Below are positions 52,616 through 64,000 of a stretch of 64,000 nucleotides of DNA, piece after piece; positions within the stretch are counted from its first letter, which is position 1; the number at the start of each line of letters is the position of its first letter. Below the pieces are notes generated by a model that was not told the DNA's origin, made no database searches, and saw only the letters and a list, made by a program, of their open reading frames with translations. The stretch is taken from assembly GCA_030141605.1 (NCBI GenBank), contig JAQGDQ010000107.1, positions 62,001 through 126,000 of the forward strand, given 5' to 3'. The position numbers and the translations under genes are program-made. The DNA is from Tubiluchus corallicola. Its lineage: Eukaryota > Animalia > Priapulida.

Positions 52616-55600
52616 ATGGCAGCAAACATGTATCGAGTCGGCGATTACGTTTTCTTCGAGACGTCCTCAACATCGCCATTCCTCATTCGCAGAATAGAAG
52701 AACTTAATAAAACACAAACGGGCAAGTAGAACACTTTTTTAAAATATTTCCTGCATGTATCCTTGCACACTGATAAGCACGTAGAAAATATGCCCAAGTT
52801 ATTGTTGCTATACTGGCTACTCAACCTGTTTTTGCAGGAAATGTTGAAGCTAAAGTTATGTGCTTTTATCGACGTCGGGACATATCCGGAGGCCTGCTTA
52901 TGCTGGCAGATAAACATCAGAGTGCTCTTGAAGAAGAGCATGATGATAAACTGTCTGAAAAACAGAGCCATCAGTTGCGGCATCGCGAACTTTTTCTTTC
53001 CCGACAGGTAAGCAATTGTCAATTTTTTTATTATTTAGCTGTGTATTTATTATTTATGCAGTTAAGATGTGTTATAGTAGTAGATTAGCATTTTTATCAA
53101 AACAGTTTTATCTATTTTTAATGCTTTCACAGTTTTCATGTTTACAGGTTTGTTCCAACCACTTAGTTTTACTGAATCTGTTCATAATTTCTCAGGAATT
53201 AACTTTGTGTAAGGTCTTAGTATCAAAATGTAATATTAGGAAGTAGTGTTTACAAGTGCAGAAGAAATCTAACACCGATACCATTTTCCTTACACCTTAT
53301 AAAAAACATTTTTTATAAGGTGCAAACTCACTTTCTATGAGTTGCTTAGTAGTTTGCAAATTTGTCATGGTTTTTGGTTTTTGATTTTTTTTGCTGTTGT
53401 ATTTTTGTTTTTGTATTTCTGCACGTTTATGTATTTTTTAATATAGTTGTGTCTAGTGTCATTAGCATCCTTTTGTTTACTGTCCTTTGAGAAGGGTGGT
53501 TGACTCGATAACCTTTGGTTTTTCGCCACCCTTTTTCCTATGTTCGTTTGTATTTTTGTGTATTTTATTGTCAAATCATTGTATATTTATGGAGGAAGAT
53601 AAAATTACTATTATTATTATTATTATTATTATTATTGTCGGGTACCTGGGTGCACAATTGTTAAGATACAACAGCAGTGAAGAAATTAAAGTCATTTATA
53701 TTATTAAAATAAAAGCAACGTTGGTATATGTCAACTAACTGCACTGTTACATTAACAACAAGCATTCATTTATTGCATGCTGAGGGACAACTCGTGAGCT
53801 GAAACTCACGAAAGTTAATGTTTTGCTTCATGCCATATTTGGCTGTTTTATTCTGTCAGACTCCTGAACTACTTAATTACACGCTTTTATCAGTGAGTCA
53901 GATATGTCAGCCTAGGTACTGTGCTGAGGTCTATTAATACTTGTAGAGGCTAGGGGAATGAAATAATCAATATTATCCTTTTTGTGTGTTGTTAAACTAA
54001 AAAATCCGAGTATTCATATCATTGTTAGTGATGTGAAATAGGTTTTTAATTGTTAAAGGAAAACCGGACGATTGGGTAAACATTAGTTCAGAATAAAGTG
54101 TGCTCTAAAATATTGAAAACTATAATAGCTTTTCTTAAATCAAAGCTGAGATTAAATAATAATTGCCTTGGATACTCAAATTTTGTTAAACTTTCAAAGC
54201 TATGCACGGCTCAGTGAATCTACTAAGATTGGCAACAGCGCCTTTTTGTCACATGCATGTGACCGCCAAATAGAAGGCGTTACCGTGACAACCATGATCA
54301 TGAACTGCAGTGTTAGTTTCTGACGTCATATGACATAGAGCCCATTTTCGTGACATCGCAGTACTATAACACTGTAAATGTGCTTGACACGCAAGGGAAG
54401 ATACCTGCCATTGCCCAAACTGTGATTAGTTTCTGACGTAAGCAATAGTTGTGTTTGGTTGCCATTAATTAACTTTCTAAGCTTATTATTCAAATATAAG
54501 AGACAATTGCTAACTTTCATTGGCAAGAAAATTTATATTTTGGACAGTAAATTAAAATGAGATTGAGTCTAAACAATCATCAGCTTTTCCTTTAATAAAT
54601 AGTTTTATTTGGATAGTTAGCCTCATCGTAATGAATTGTTTTTTGTAAGTCACCTCTATGTCAAAAGTGGCGTCATCTGTCATCTGGCTGTTAGCCTTGG
54701 GCACTGCCAAGGCAGCAGTTAATTGTCTGTTACTGCAGAAGTGTGCAGCAGAAGGTGGCCTTTATATTTTAAATTCTTAAATGATCAATATCGTCTTAAC
54801 AATAACGTTTGCATTTTCATTGTGTGAATTGGGTAGAACTATCAGGCACTGGTAGTAAACAATGTGATGAATTACTTGGGTGCATTGTACCCATGGAAAC
54901 ACTATTAAGAAGCATTTTTTGATTGAACCCTAGTAATGATAAAATGCTTAACTTGATTAATTGCTTACTTTCAGAATTTGTTCAGAAATGAACTTCAATA
55001 TAACTTCGTTAACAAGCTCAAGTTACAACAATCTAAACTGTGCTTATCACAATTTATTTTGTATTTAGGTTGAAACACTCCCTGCCACACATATCAGAGG
55101 TAAATGCTCGGTTGCCTTACTAAATGAGACTGAATCGTTGAACAGCTACTTAGACAGAGATGATGCTTTCTTCTACTCATTAGTCTATGATCCGACGCAG
55201 AAAACTTTGCTAGCTGATAAAGGAGAAATACGTGTTGGGAGCAACTTCCAAGCTGAGATACAAAACCTTCTTGGAGAAGGTAATTTAATGTTACATAAAT
55301 TACTTTTTGTGAGAATAAGCTTTTCAGTTGTTACATTCAAGCAATGTGTGTTTTGCAATTGATGTAAATATTTCTTATAATTTACCAGCCTAAAAACAAG
55401 AATCGTAATATCGGTATTGAACACATTTCTGAGATGTTTTATTGCAATATGTTTTATGTTTGTTGCACCTCGCAACATTGTCTTCACTCTAAAATATTTT
55501 GACTCATCTGCTTTTGTGCGCTTATCAATTGCCAGATCTGTTTTTTACTAAAAAAGTTCAGAAAAAAAGTGCAAAAAAGCAGTCAGAAGGCTTTTTCTAC

Positions 55601-58600
55601 TAGATTGTTTTAGTGAGCCTTTGACAAGTGTATAAACTTCAGAGACAACTGAATGCAAAAAGAAAGGAATTAAAATGGTGCATGAAGTCATAGATTATCC
55701 AAGATCTTCGCTTACATGACATATATTTGCATTAATCTGAAAAATACAGACAACTCAGCGCATGATTAAGTTCAGAAAACACTGAAATGTTCGTGATATC
55801 GCACTATGATATGGCTTCGTGTGCAGTGATTTAGTCAGCTTTTCCTTTTTGCACTTGAAAGGGAGAAAATAGCAACAAAATGTCACAAATCAATCTGCAC
55901 GGAACACAATGCCCTCAGAGCTTTCTTGTTATTCTGAAGCCATATCTTTTCAGTTCTCATTTACAGCAAGTCCTTGCTTAACGACTCCCCGTTTAACAAC
56001 GTTTCGTTTTAACACCGCTGAACATTTGACACCATTTTCTCACTTAACGACACACGTTTCGTTTTAAAGACGATTTTTTAAGTTGCTGACAACCATTTTT
56101 TATCAACAACTTTTTTTTGCCTAATTTGGAGTATAAAAGCCATGCAAATTGCATAATTTTGTTCTAAAAGCACATTAGTAACCCAAACAGTGTAATTATT
56201 ATAATGCTTTTGGTTCCCAACTATCTGCGTACTAAATTCTAGCCGCTTGTATGAAGATCTATTTGCCGATCCAGTCTCCAGACACCTGAGTTTAAACTTG
56301 ATGCCAAGGAATTTTGTGTGCAACTTGTTGCTATAACAACCAGATTAATACTTCCTGAAATTGCCTCAAGATGGCTTCATGCAGGGCTAGGCCTTCTCTT
56401 TGCATTGTTTAAATGTGAACTGTCTGTATACAGGTTTCAATAGACCCATATCCAGTCTAGCTAGATTTTGGTAAGAAAGATAGATGGTTTCTGGCAATTA
56501 ATCAGTAGAAATATGAATAAAACTCATAAAACATTTGATGTATACAATTTAAGCAGCATCGATTTTTGCTTCTGGAACGTATCTCAATTCTTTTACATTA
56601 CTTTCCATGGAAGTCTTGGTTTCGTTTAACGACGTTTCGCTTAATGTCACATTTTGCTGGAGTGCATTAGCGTCGTTAAGTGAAGACTTGCTGTACTAAT
56701 GTGTTTGTCTGTTTTTAGGTGAATCTGACAATCGTGTTGTGTCTGAACTGGAAAGTCTTATTTACACGCCAGAGAATCCATTATCTGATATTCAAATTGA
56801 CCAGTTTATGGTCATTGCTCGGTCAGTGGGAACATTTGCTCGTGCTTTAGATTGTTCTAGTACGGTCAAACAGCCGAGTCTGCACATGAGCGCGGCTGCT
56901 GCTTCTAGAGATGTAACTTTATTCCATGCAATGAATGTATTGCACTTGTCCGGTAAACACCTTAGTTGATTAGTTTGCTAATATTTCTTTTCTGTTTTAA
57001 TAACTTTGTAGGCGCGGGTTATTAAATTGATACAGTAGGTGCACTTAATTGACTCACGGTTAATAGACTCAATCAATTAATTGACTCAAAAACGCCTGGT
57101 ACGGGCCACTTCTATTGAAATGTACATAAATACTGTCGGTAATTGACTTAAATAACTCTGCATAATTGAATCAATATTTTTGCTTCACATGATTCAATAA
57201 GACACTTTCCCATGATTAATAAGCTTTTATGACTTTTATATCATCTTAGTTCGCTTTTGTCCTATAATATACATAAGAAACAATCATGTTAAGTACCGTT
57301 TTGTTTATAAGCAGGAACGTTTATCATATGCTAATATGCTAGCCTAATGGTTTGCTTTGACCCGCCTGGCCACTGCAATTAACCTGGTTACCCAAGAATT
57401 CTTGAAAGCTAAACATTTAGTCACTTGCTTAGCGATTTGTTTTTGAAGCTCTGACTATTTTTGCCAGAATGTCTTATCAGTTAGATGTTGCTGGATGCAG
57501 GTACAGTACAGTTGCTGGCATCCCTGGTGTAGTCCAAAGGAAAGCGGGGCGATACGTTTGGCACCAAGTTGGCTGCAGGAGCTGCCGGAGTCAGTGAGCA
57601 CACTGCACACTGGTCCGCCTTCGGGGCTCCACTCCTGATTTGGAAGGTTTACTCCTCTACACATGGCCATTGAGTCACTTGACCTCCTCCGCCCTCTAGT
57701 CTTTGGCTGCTTGTGCAGCTCCTTGCCTAGTGTCGAGATACAGTGTGGGCATCCCGCAAGCCTACAGCACCTGGTATTCCTAGGCGCACTAACCAGGCTC
57801 TATGTTGCTTAACTTCGGTGATCAGATGAGAACCGGTGTTTTCAACGTGATTTGGCCGTAGTTACACAGTACAGTAAGTATGTCACAATTATAGCAAGCA
57901 GGAGCTTAGGCGAACCTACCGACGAAGCTACTTGCGGGGAAACACGGGCACCACTAACAGTTTAAGCACGCCAAACACTAAGTATTTCTTTCGAAAATTT
58001 ATGCGTGATCATACAACAGCAGATCCATTAAAATTCATTAAAACATTTGCAGTGCATAGTAAGCTGTTGACTCATACTTCTATACCAGTAATACTGTACC
58101 CATCGGTTAATAGGTTCAGTCGGTTAATTGGACAAAAACACTTCGGTCCCAAAGTGAGTCTATTAAGTGACACCTACTGTATTAGCTTTAGAGAGCTTAG
58201 ATTTCTGGCCAAAGTACTAGCTGCAACTATATACTGTATCCGATATAACTTAAAAAAATTTGTCTAAGCTTGCTTAAATTAATAGTAACCAACCAATTTA
58301 TTGGTTGTTAGTGTAAAGGTGCCTTTGAAATGACAGTTTTTATTTAAAAATTACTATATTTAAAACACAGTATGTGTTAGCAGTGAGTATGATTTTTGAG
58401 GATTTTATCAAGGTTTCTATAATTGAAGTTTGAAACGTAGTGAACGTTGGAAAGCCTGTCTCATGTTGTTACTTTTCTGTAATTTATAGAGTGGTATTTT
58501 TTATTAGATAGAAAAATATAGCTAAATTTTATTTACACAGTTTAGTTAACCTGTTTGCAGTTATTATAATTAATGCACTTTTGTGTACATTAATACAATA

Positions 58601-61600
58601 ATGTACTTTTAATTTTTTTTGCGGTTAACAACGTCTTGCTAGAGTGTATTTTTTATAGGTTACGATCTCTCAAAGGCAATTTCAACACTTGTGCCACCAA
58701 GTGGCCCAGTCTTGTGTCGCGATGAAATGGAGGAGTGGTCGGCTGCCGAAGCAAATCTTTTTGAAGAAGCCATTGAGAAATACGGAAAAGATTTTGGTGA
58801 CATTAGACAAGACTTCTTACCATGGAAATCTTTAAAGAACATTATAGAGTATGCGCATGTACAGTAATGTTGAAAATTTGGTTTATAGATTTAAGATTTG
58901 CGACATTTCACTACCAGAAGCCAACTTGTCAACAGTTCACCAATATGGCAGATGAAACAATGATGAGAAATTGTTAGAACTCAGAGCAATCACTCTTTAG
59001 TATATAATCTTAACTTTATTTCCTGCTGTACTATTTAATTGTGAAGTGTTTGTTCATTGAATTGTTGCTTAAGATAAACAGATGCTTGAGTAGCCATTAA
59101 AATTATGAAGAACTGGTTAGTTTTTTTGCTTTTACCTTATGTAGTTGTGTGACATTAGTGGTATACCTTACATCCAGGTGCTAGATTGCAATTTTACATC
59201 CATAATTTTATTTTGCAAGGAGTAGTAATATAATATTAGGTCTGAAAAACCTTTTAAGAGCTTAAGTGTTTCTTGGAAATATGGTAAAATGGTTTTTTGA
59301 TAAAAAAGTGTGTTTGGAAATTATAAGAGTGAAAGTTGTTTAAAAAGAACACAAACACTGCATTAATTTTCTAGCTTAGTATTTTTCAATAAAGGTTATT
59401 GTTCGAAGCCATAGTTGGTGGAGACCAGCGTCGATCTTTTCGTTGGGTGATCATTCAAAATTTTATGTTTTTTTATACTCTATGTGATCCATTTTTTTAT
59501 TTCAGATACTACTACATGTGGAAAACAACAGACCGTTATGTACAGCAGAAACGTGTAAAAGCCGTTGAGGCAGAAAGCAAGTTGAAACAAGTGTACATTC
59601 CAAACTACAACAAACCTAACCCTGCAGCAATTCAGGGCCAAAGAAATGGATTTGAGGGTGTCGATTCTCGTGCGTGTGAAAGCTGCTTTACCAGTGTTTC
59701 ACATCAGTGGTAAGCTGTTTTGGCAATTGGGTTTATCTGTCAGAGATTTCTTGAGATAAGTGCTTCCAAATGTGGTAAAGAGACAATAACCATGCGGAAC
59801 AAAATACCTGCAAGTACTAATTCAACTTCGTCGTTACCAAGATTCAAAAAAAGTTTGAAAACTTTATTCTTTAATGCGAATTAAAGGTTGACCTTGTATA
59901 GTATGTTCACGCGTATGTTCAGATTTACAGTGAGTGACAGACTGGCCGATAGTGTACTTCTGTTCATAAATATATATATATATTTTTGCAATGTCTTAAT
60001 AGCAATCTCATATTCAACTAATCCACATCATTTCACTAACCTAATCGTACTAATTCCCATCTCCTACACTATCAGTCCATCATTTTTTACCTTCCCTTTT
60101 TGCACCCTAACACCTGCATCATTAATGATATCATGTCATGCCAATTTTATTATGAAATTAATGTAATTATATAATCTTATGTACACCTTGTCATCGTAAT
60201 GTGTTTTGCTATATTGTATTGTTGTTTGGTGTTTTCGTAATAACTAAAAATAAATAAATAAAAATGAGCAGTTCAATTTCTCATCTTAAAGGATACTGTG
60301 AGAAGCTTCTATCCTCAAAAATGCATGTCAAAATACATAATCCTTGTTACTAGTGGCTTGAACTTGGCGTACTGAGTGGCAAATTGTATAAAATATTCCA
60401 AGGCACTAATGATCAGTTTGTTGACTTTAAATTCTTCTGCAATTATTGTGTTGAACTTCACTATTTTTATTTACGTTTTTTTTCCCAGGTATGCTTGGGG
60501 TGCATCGCACCTGCACTGTCGTGTTTGTGCCAACTGCTGGACATACTGGAAGAAGTACGGAGGCCTGAAAATGCCAACCCGATTAGAGCAGGCAGAAAAT
60601 CAGGCTGCTCAGATGCAGATGCAGACATATAAATGCAGTGTTCTTGGTGAGTTGAAAATTATTCAAGGTGACAGTAACAGTTCAGTTTTACTTATTAAAA
60701 TCATGCAACATTTTTTGGACTCGATTTATTTTAAATATAAAAGAAAATTCACATTGAATATATCTTGTCAAATTAAACACAACTCTACAACCTTGATAAG
60801 AACTTATGAATGTCAGTAGAAATATTTACTCTCCTTTTCCGTCACATGCATGCTCCACTCAGGTTCCCACGGTCAGGGAAAATCCTTAAAAATGCAGGCT
60901 ATCCTGGAAAGTCATGGAAAAGTCAGGGAAAATGATGAAAATGGGGTGAAAAGTCCGGGAAATTGGAAATCGTTGCAAAAATAATCACCATGGACCGATA
61001 TTTTTTCAAACATATTTTTCAGCGATTCGTATTCAAATAAAATTTTGCTATGGCAGGCTCCCAGTTTCAATTTCTGTGCCAAAAATAATGATTGGATTAA
61101 GAAAGTTTATTTAATGTAATTAGTGTCATTTCGTTAGCACTACTGCAATTGTGCAGACACATTATATATCAGTATATGTATGAATGTCCACACATAAAAA
61201 TGTTTAATTACGTTTACTGGTAATACAGTTTCTGCTTATCTTCGTCATGGAAAATCTATATTTGGTCAGGTAAAAGTTTCGGAGGTCATGGAAATTTATT
61301 TTAAAATTCTGTAGGAACCCTGTCCACTGAACTCTCACTTCTATCAAAATTTCCAGCATAATTATTAATGGTTTTCTCTTTATTTTCACATGTGCTGATA
61401 GGCTGAATGAACTACAGTTATGGAGGTATTTTTGCATATGTGAGCAAATTTTTGCTAGGAAATACTTGAAAAAGTTCATGAAAACTAGTGTTTTAAAGGA
61501 CTGGAAATAAATACAAAGAACACAGTTTTTCTCATTTTTTTTCTCATTCGCACTTTTTGTGAAAGAAACATTTTTATTTTGCATCAAAACATTATTGATT

Positions 61601-63688
61601 TTCTGGCTTCTTGAATCAACAAAGAAATCATTTTCATGTTTAGTCTTTTGGCTGTTTCATAGTCCTGGTTTATGATTGCACGTTCAAATTTGTTCATTTG
61701 CAGGTTGTGGAAAGGAGTTTAAGATGCGCACGCAGCTGGTTCGTCACTGTGCAGCTATGCATGGCTTCGCGATGCGCTCCGGGAGTCCTCGTCCCATTGT
61801 AAAGACTCGGGCAGCATTCTGCCTGCACACTACACCTCTGACTCGTCTTGCTCGGAGAGTGTGTGGTGACATGTTGCGAGTTCGACACGCCGGGCGAAAA
61901 CCTTTTGAACCAATCAATGCAGCAGCGATTAAAGCAGAATGCCAAGCTAGGATTGCTGCTGATAAAGACAAACCTTTAGGTTGGTTAACATAATTACAGT
62001 TTAATTAAAATGTGTGATAGTCATACTTCATATACATTTTAAGCAGATTATATGGATACATCCATTTTATTCAAAGTAAGGTTATGAAAGCCATAACAAA
62101 TATTTCATTTTGCTGAGTAAATAGTCTATTAGTTTATAAATTATAGATTGGTAGAGTGAAGCCATTTCTATTAGTTTATAAATTATAGATTGGTAGAGTG
62201 AAGCCATTTCTTGATTCCCACATTGTTTTAAGTAGACATTTAAAAGGCAATGAACTCAGTAATTGTTGCTGCTGCCTTTCCCACTGCTACTGTTCTACAG
62301 TTATAAGTACTAGTATACTACTATTACATTGAACGCTCGCAGGTGCAGATAAAAAAACTAAAAAACAACATGTTAATGTTGGCCTAACAAACTTTGTGAC
62401 AATAGGGTGGGCAAAGCATGTAGGAGGGGATTAATAATTATGATTCTCATGCCTAAGGCCGACAGTAAAAATACTTCTGTTTCCATCTAATCACCCGGGT
62501 AATTTTATAATTGTTTTTGTATGTTCATATACTGACACACTCATGTAAAATAGTATTTTTTTAAATTTCAAATCTTCTTCTTCCCAGCTTTTCCCTATTA
62601 AGTCTCACCGACTCATTCTTTTTAATTTCAAATGTAAAATGCAATAATTATTATTTCAGCGAGGATGCATCCATGTTTTTTGGGTTGCCAAACTCTCCAG
62701 GGTTGCCATTTTGTATGATGCTGATTACTGTATTGGAGGCTAGAACGTATAATTTTTTCTGCCTAATCAGCATATTAATGGCTATTAACGCCCGAGTAGT
62801 ACTGCCGCTTAGGCGTGATTATCAGATCATATATTTGTACTATACAAAAAAGAGACTACATGATAATTGATACTGTACGACAGTTTAGTAATGTGAAACA
62901 AAAAGCTAAAAATCAAAGCGTGATAAATGTGCATTGAAAAAATTTAAAGCATTACTACTAACCAGTGGAAAGTAAACAAACTTCAATTTCAAATGAAATT
63001 GATATTCCACGATTCACATTCACAAAGCTTTAAAAAAAAATTTTCTTCCCTTCCTGCTGCCATCTTTTGAGTTGATGAGGTAAGACAGAAACAATTTTTT
63101 TGTGGCTGGCTTAAGTTACACCGACGTGAACTCAGTGATGAGGGCACCCTCAGAACCAGACTATACCTGCAACTGTTTTTGCTATTCTGGTCATTCCATG
63201 AGTAAGCTTCATCTAGAAACCATCCAAATCCTTGATGAGAGCAGAAGTCAGATAATGTGTTTGTACGAGCATCCACTCTGTCGTACAGAGTGGCAGGTTT
63301 AAGTCAACTGTAAAATAGATAATGCGTTAGCACAACCCACCCTTTAGTTGATTCTTTGAATTGCCTTATTTCTCTCCGTAATGTAGTATTTTAATTCAAG
63401 TCATTGATTCGTCTTATAGGTTTGGTTGGCCATTTTGAAATGTTACATGCTTGCGTAGATTTTGTTAAGCTATCACAGTTGCACCATAATACATGTACAG
63501 TGTTTACGTAATTATAGGCAAGATGGTTGCTAAGAAGCGATCAGGAACAGACGACATTGTGGCACGCTTGGGAATAGATTTATCAACTGGCAAACCAGAC
63601 GTTCTTACCGGAGGAACTGCAACTAGAGAGTCTCGGGACACGCCCGTCAAGCCCGCTGCGATAATGCCTCGGGAGGACCGCGTATCAC
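52616..63688 (+). CDS. MTA1: Metastasis-associated protein MTA1-like (NuRD subunit; BAH, ELM2, SANT, GATA zinc finger), coding exons 1-9; continues beyond the right edge
   Basis: Exons 52616-52721, 52838-53007, 55069-55279, 56719-56952, 58659-58848, 59506-59709, 60489-60646, 61704-61979 and 63518-63688 are all in phase. They translate to [18 protein letters not shown]...RRIEELNK...CFYRRRDI...[21 protein letters not shown]...[13 protein letters not shown]...[15 protein letters not shown]...[28 protein letters not shown]...[16 protein letters not shown]...CESC...[15 protein letters not shown]. Confidence 0.96.
55964..56693. mobile_element. Tigger/pogo-like MITE
   Basis: TIRs cagcaagtccttgcttaacgac / gtcgttaagtgaagacttgctg, TA on both sides, and subterminal cgtttaac.acgtttcg repeats. 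Confidence 0.88.
57513..57865 (-). mobile_element. 5S rRNA-headed SINE (SINE3-like) insertion
   Basis: 5S-like head followed, without a T4 terminator, by a ~245-bp GC-rich body. Flanked by the 10-bp direct repeat ACAGTACAGT (57503-57512 and 57866-57875). Confidence 0.7.
57758..57863 (-). pseudogene. 5S rRNA-derived sequence with internal deletion of box C
   Basis: Minus strand reads actacggccaaatcacgttgaaaacaccggttctcatctgatcaccgaagttaagcaacatagagcctggttagtgcgcctaggaataccaggtgctgtaggctt, i.e. animal 5S lacking ~14 nt (the ACTTGGATGGGTGAC region). Confidence 0.9.
60860..61322. mobile_element. Non-autonomous DNA transposon (MITE) with CAGG(G)TTCC termini, copy 2
   Basis: Reverse-complement homolog of 2150-2528. 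Flanked by the 6-bp direct repeat TCCACT (60854-60859 and 61323-61328). Confidence 0.82.
62125..62208. repeat. Perfect 42-bp tandem duplication
   Basis: tctattagtttataaattatagattggtagagtgaagccatt occurs twice. Confidence 0.95.
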
Positions 63689-64000
63689 GTAAGCTTGTCA
63701 ATTAATTTGAAGGATGTTGCCACCTCTAATTTTTGAAACACGAATACTAGACAAGTAAGGGGAAATTTCACATCATTATGTTTCATCAAATAAGAACTTT
63801 GTTTTCAATAGTGAGCGTAGCTTATCCATCTAGAAAGCTGTCTTGGCTGATGAGATTGCTTGTGTGGTTGACTTAGTCAGTCTTAAGGAAGTACTTTGAC
63901 TAAATGCAAGCAAAAGCTTTACATTTGTCGAAGTTCATTCATGGACTGGGCCATTGTAAACTGTAAATTTCTGTATTTAGCTTTCCAGTTTTTCGTAGAA

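Larger units (their letters stand above)
57033..58179. mobile_element. Tigger/pogo-like MITE carrying a nested 5S-derived insertion
   Basis: TIRs cagtaggtgcacttaattgactcac / gtgagtctattaagtgacacctactg, TA on both sides. Confidence 0.88.

Noticed and set aside
57758-57863. Functional 5S rRNA gene
   Set aside because: About 14 nt deleted across box C, no oligo-T terminator, single copy flanked by a TSD.
63100-63300. Intronic snoRNA or extra MTA exon (TGATGA boxes, ccactctg/cagagtgg hairpin)
   Set aside because: No properly placed D box or terminal stem, and exons 8 and 9 already join in phase without it.

Overview
AT-rich, intron-rich animal DNA. It is probably an invertebrate; the 5S-derived sequence looks lophotrochozoan-like, but that is low confidence. 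It is not prokaryotic, so the ORF track is mostly noise and genes were assembled exon by exon from splice signals. Contents: (1) the 5' half of a calcineurin A catalytic-subunit gene on the minus strand (exons 1-5, runs off the left edge); (2) a complete 6-exon PBLD/PhzF-family gene, head-to-head with calcineurin (481 bp between start codons); (3) an uncharacterised minus-strand gene for a membrane-anchored SRPBCC/START-fold protein, possibly fused in frame to an upstream acidic disordered exon; (4) an MTA1-like NuRD subunit gene (9 coding exons, runs off the right edge) with a GC-AG intron. Introns hold hAT-type and Tigger/pogo-type MITEs with TSDs, decayed CR1, RTE and mariner fragments, and long microsatellites. 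The most unusual non-coding items are a ~20-unit array of self-complementary 53-bp repeats in calcineurin intron 4 and a 5S-rRNA-headed SINE3-like insertion nested in a MITE. I found no unambiguous new multi-gene system; the best leads are ranked in findings.
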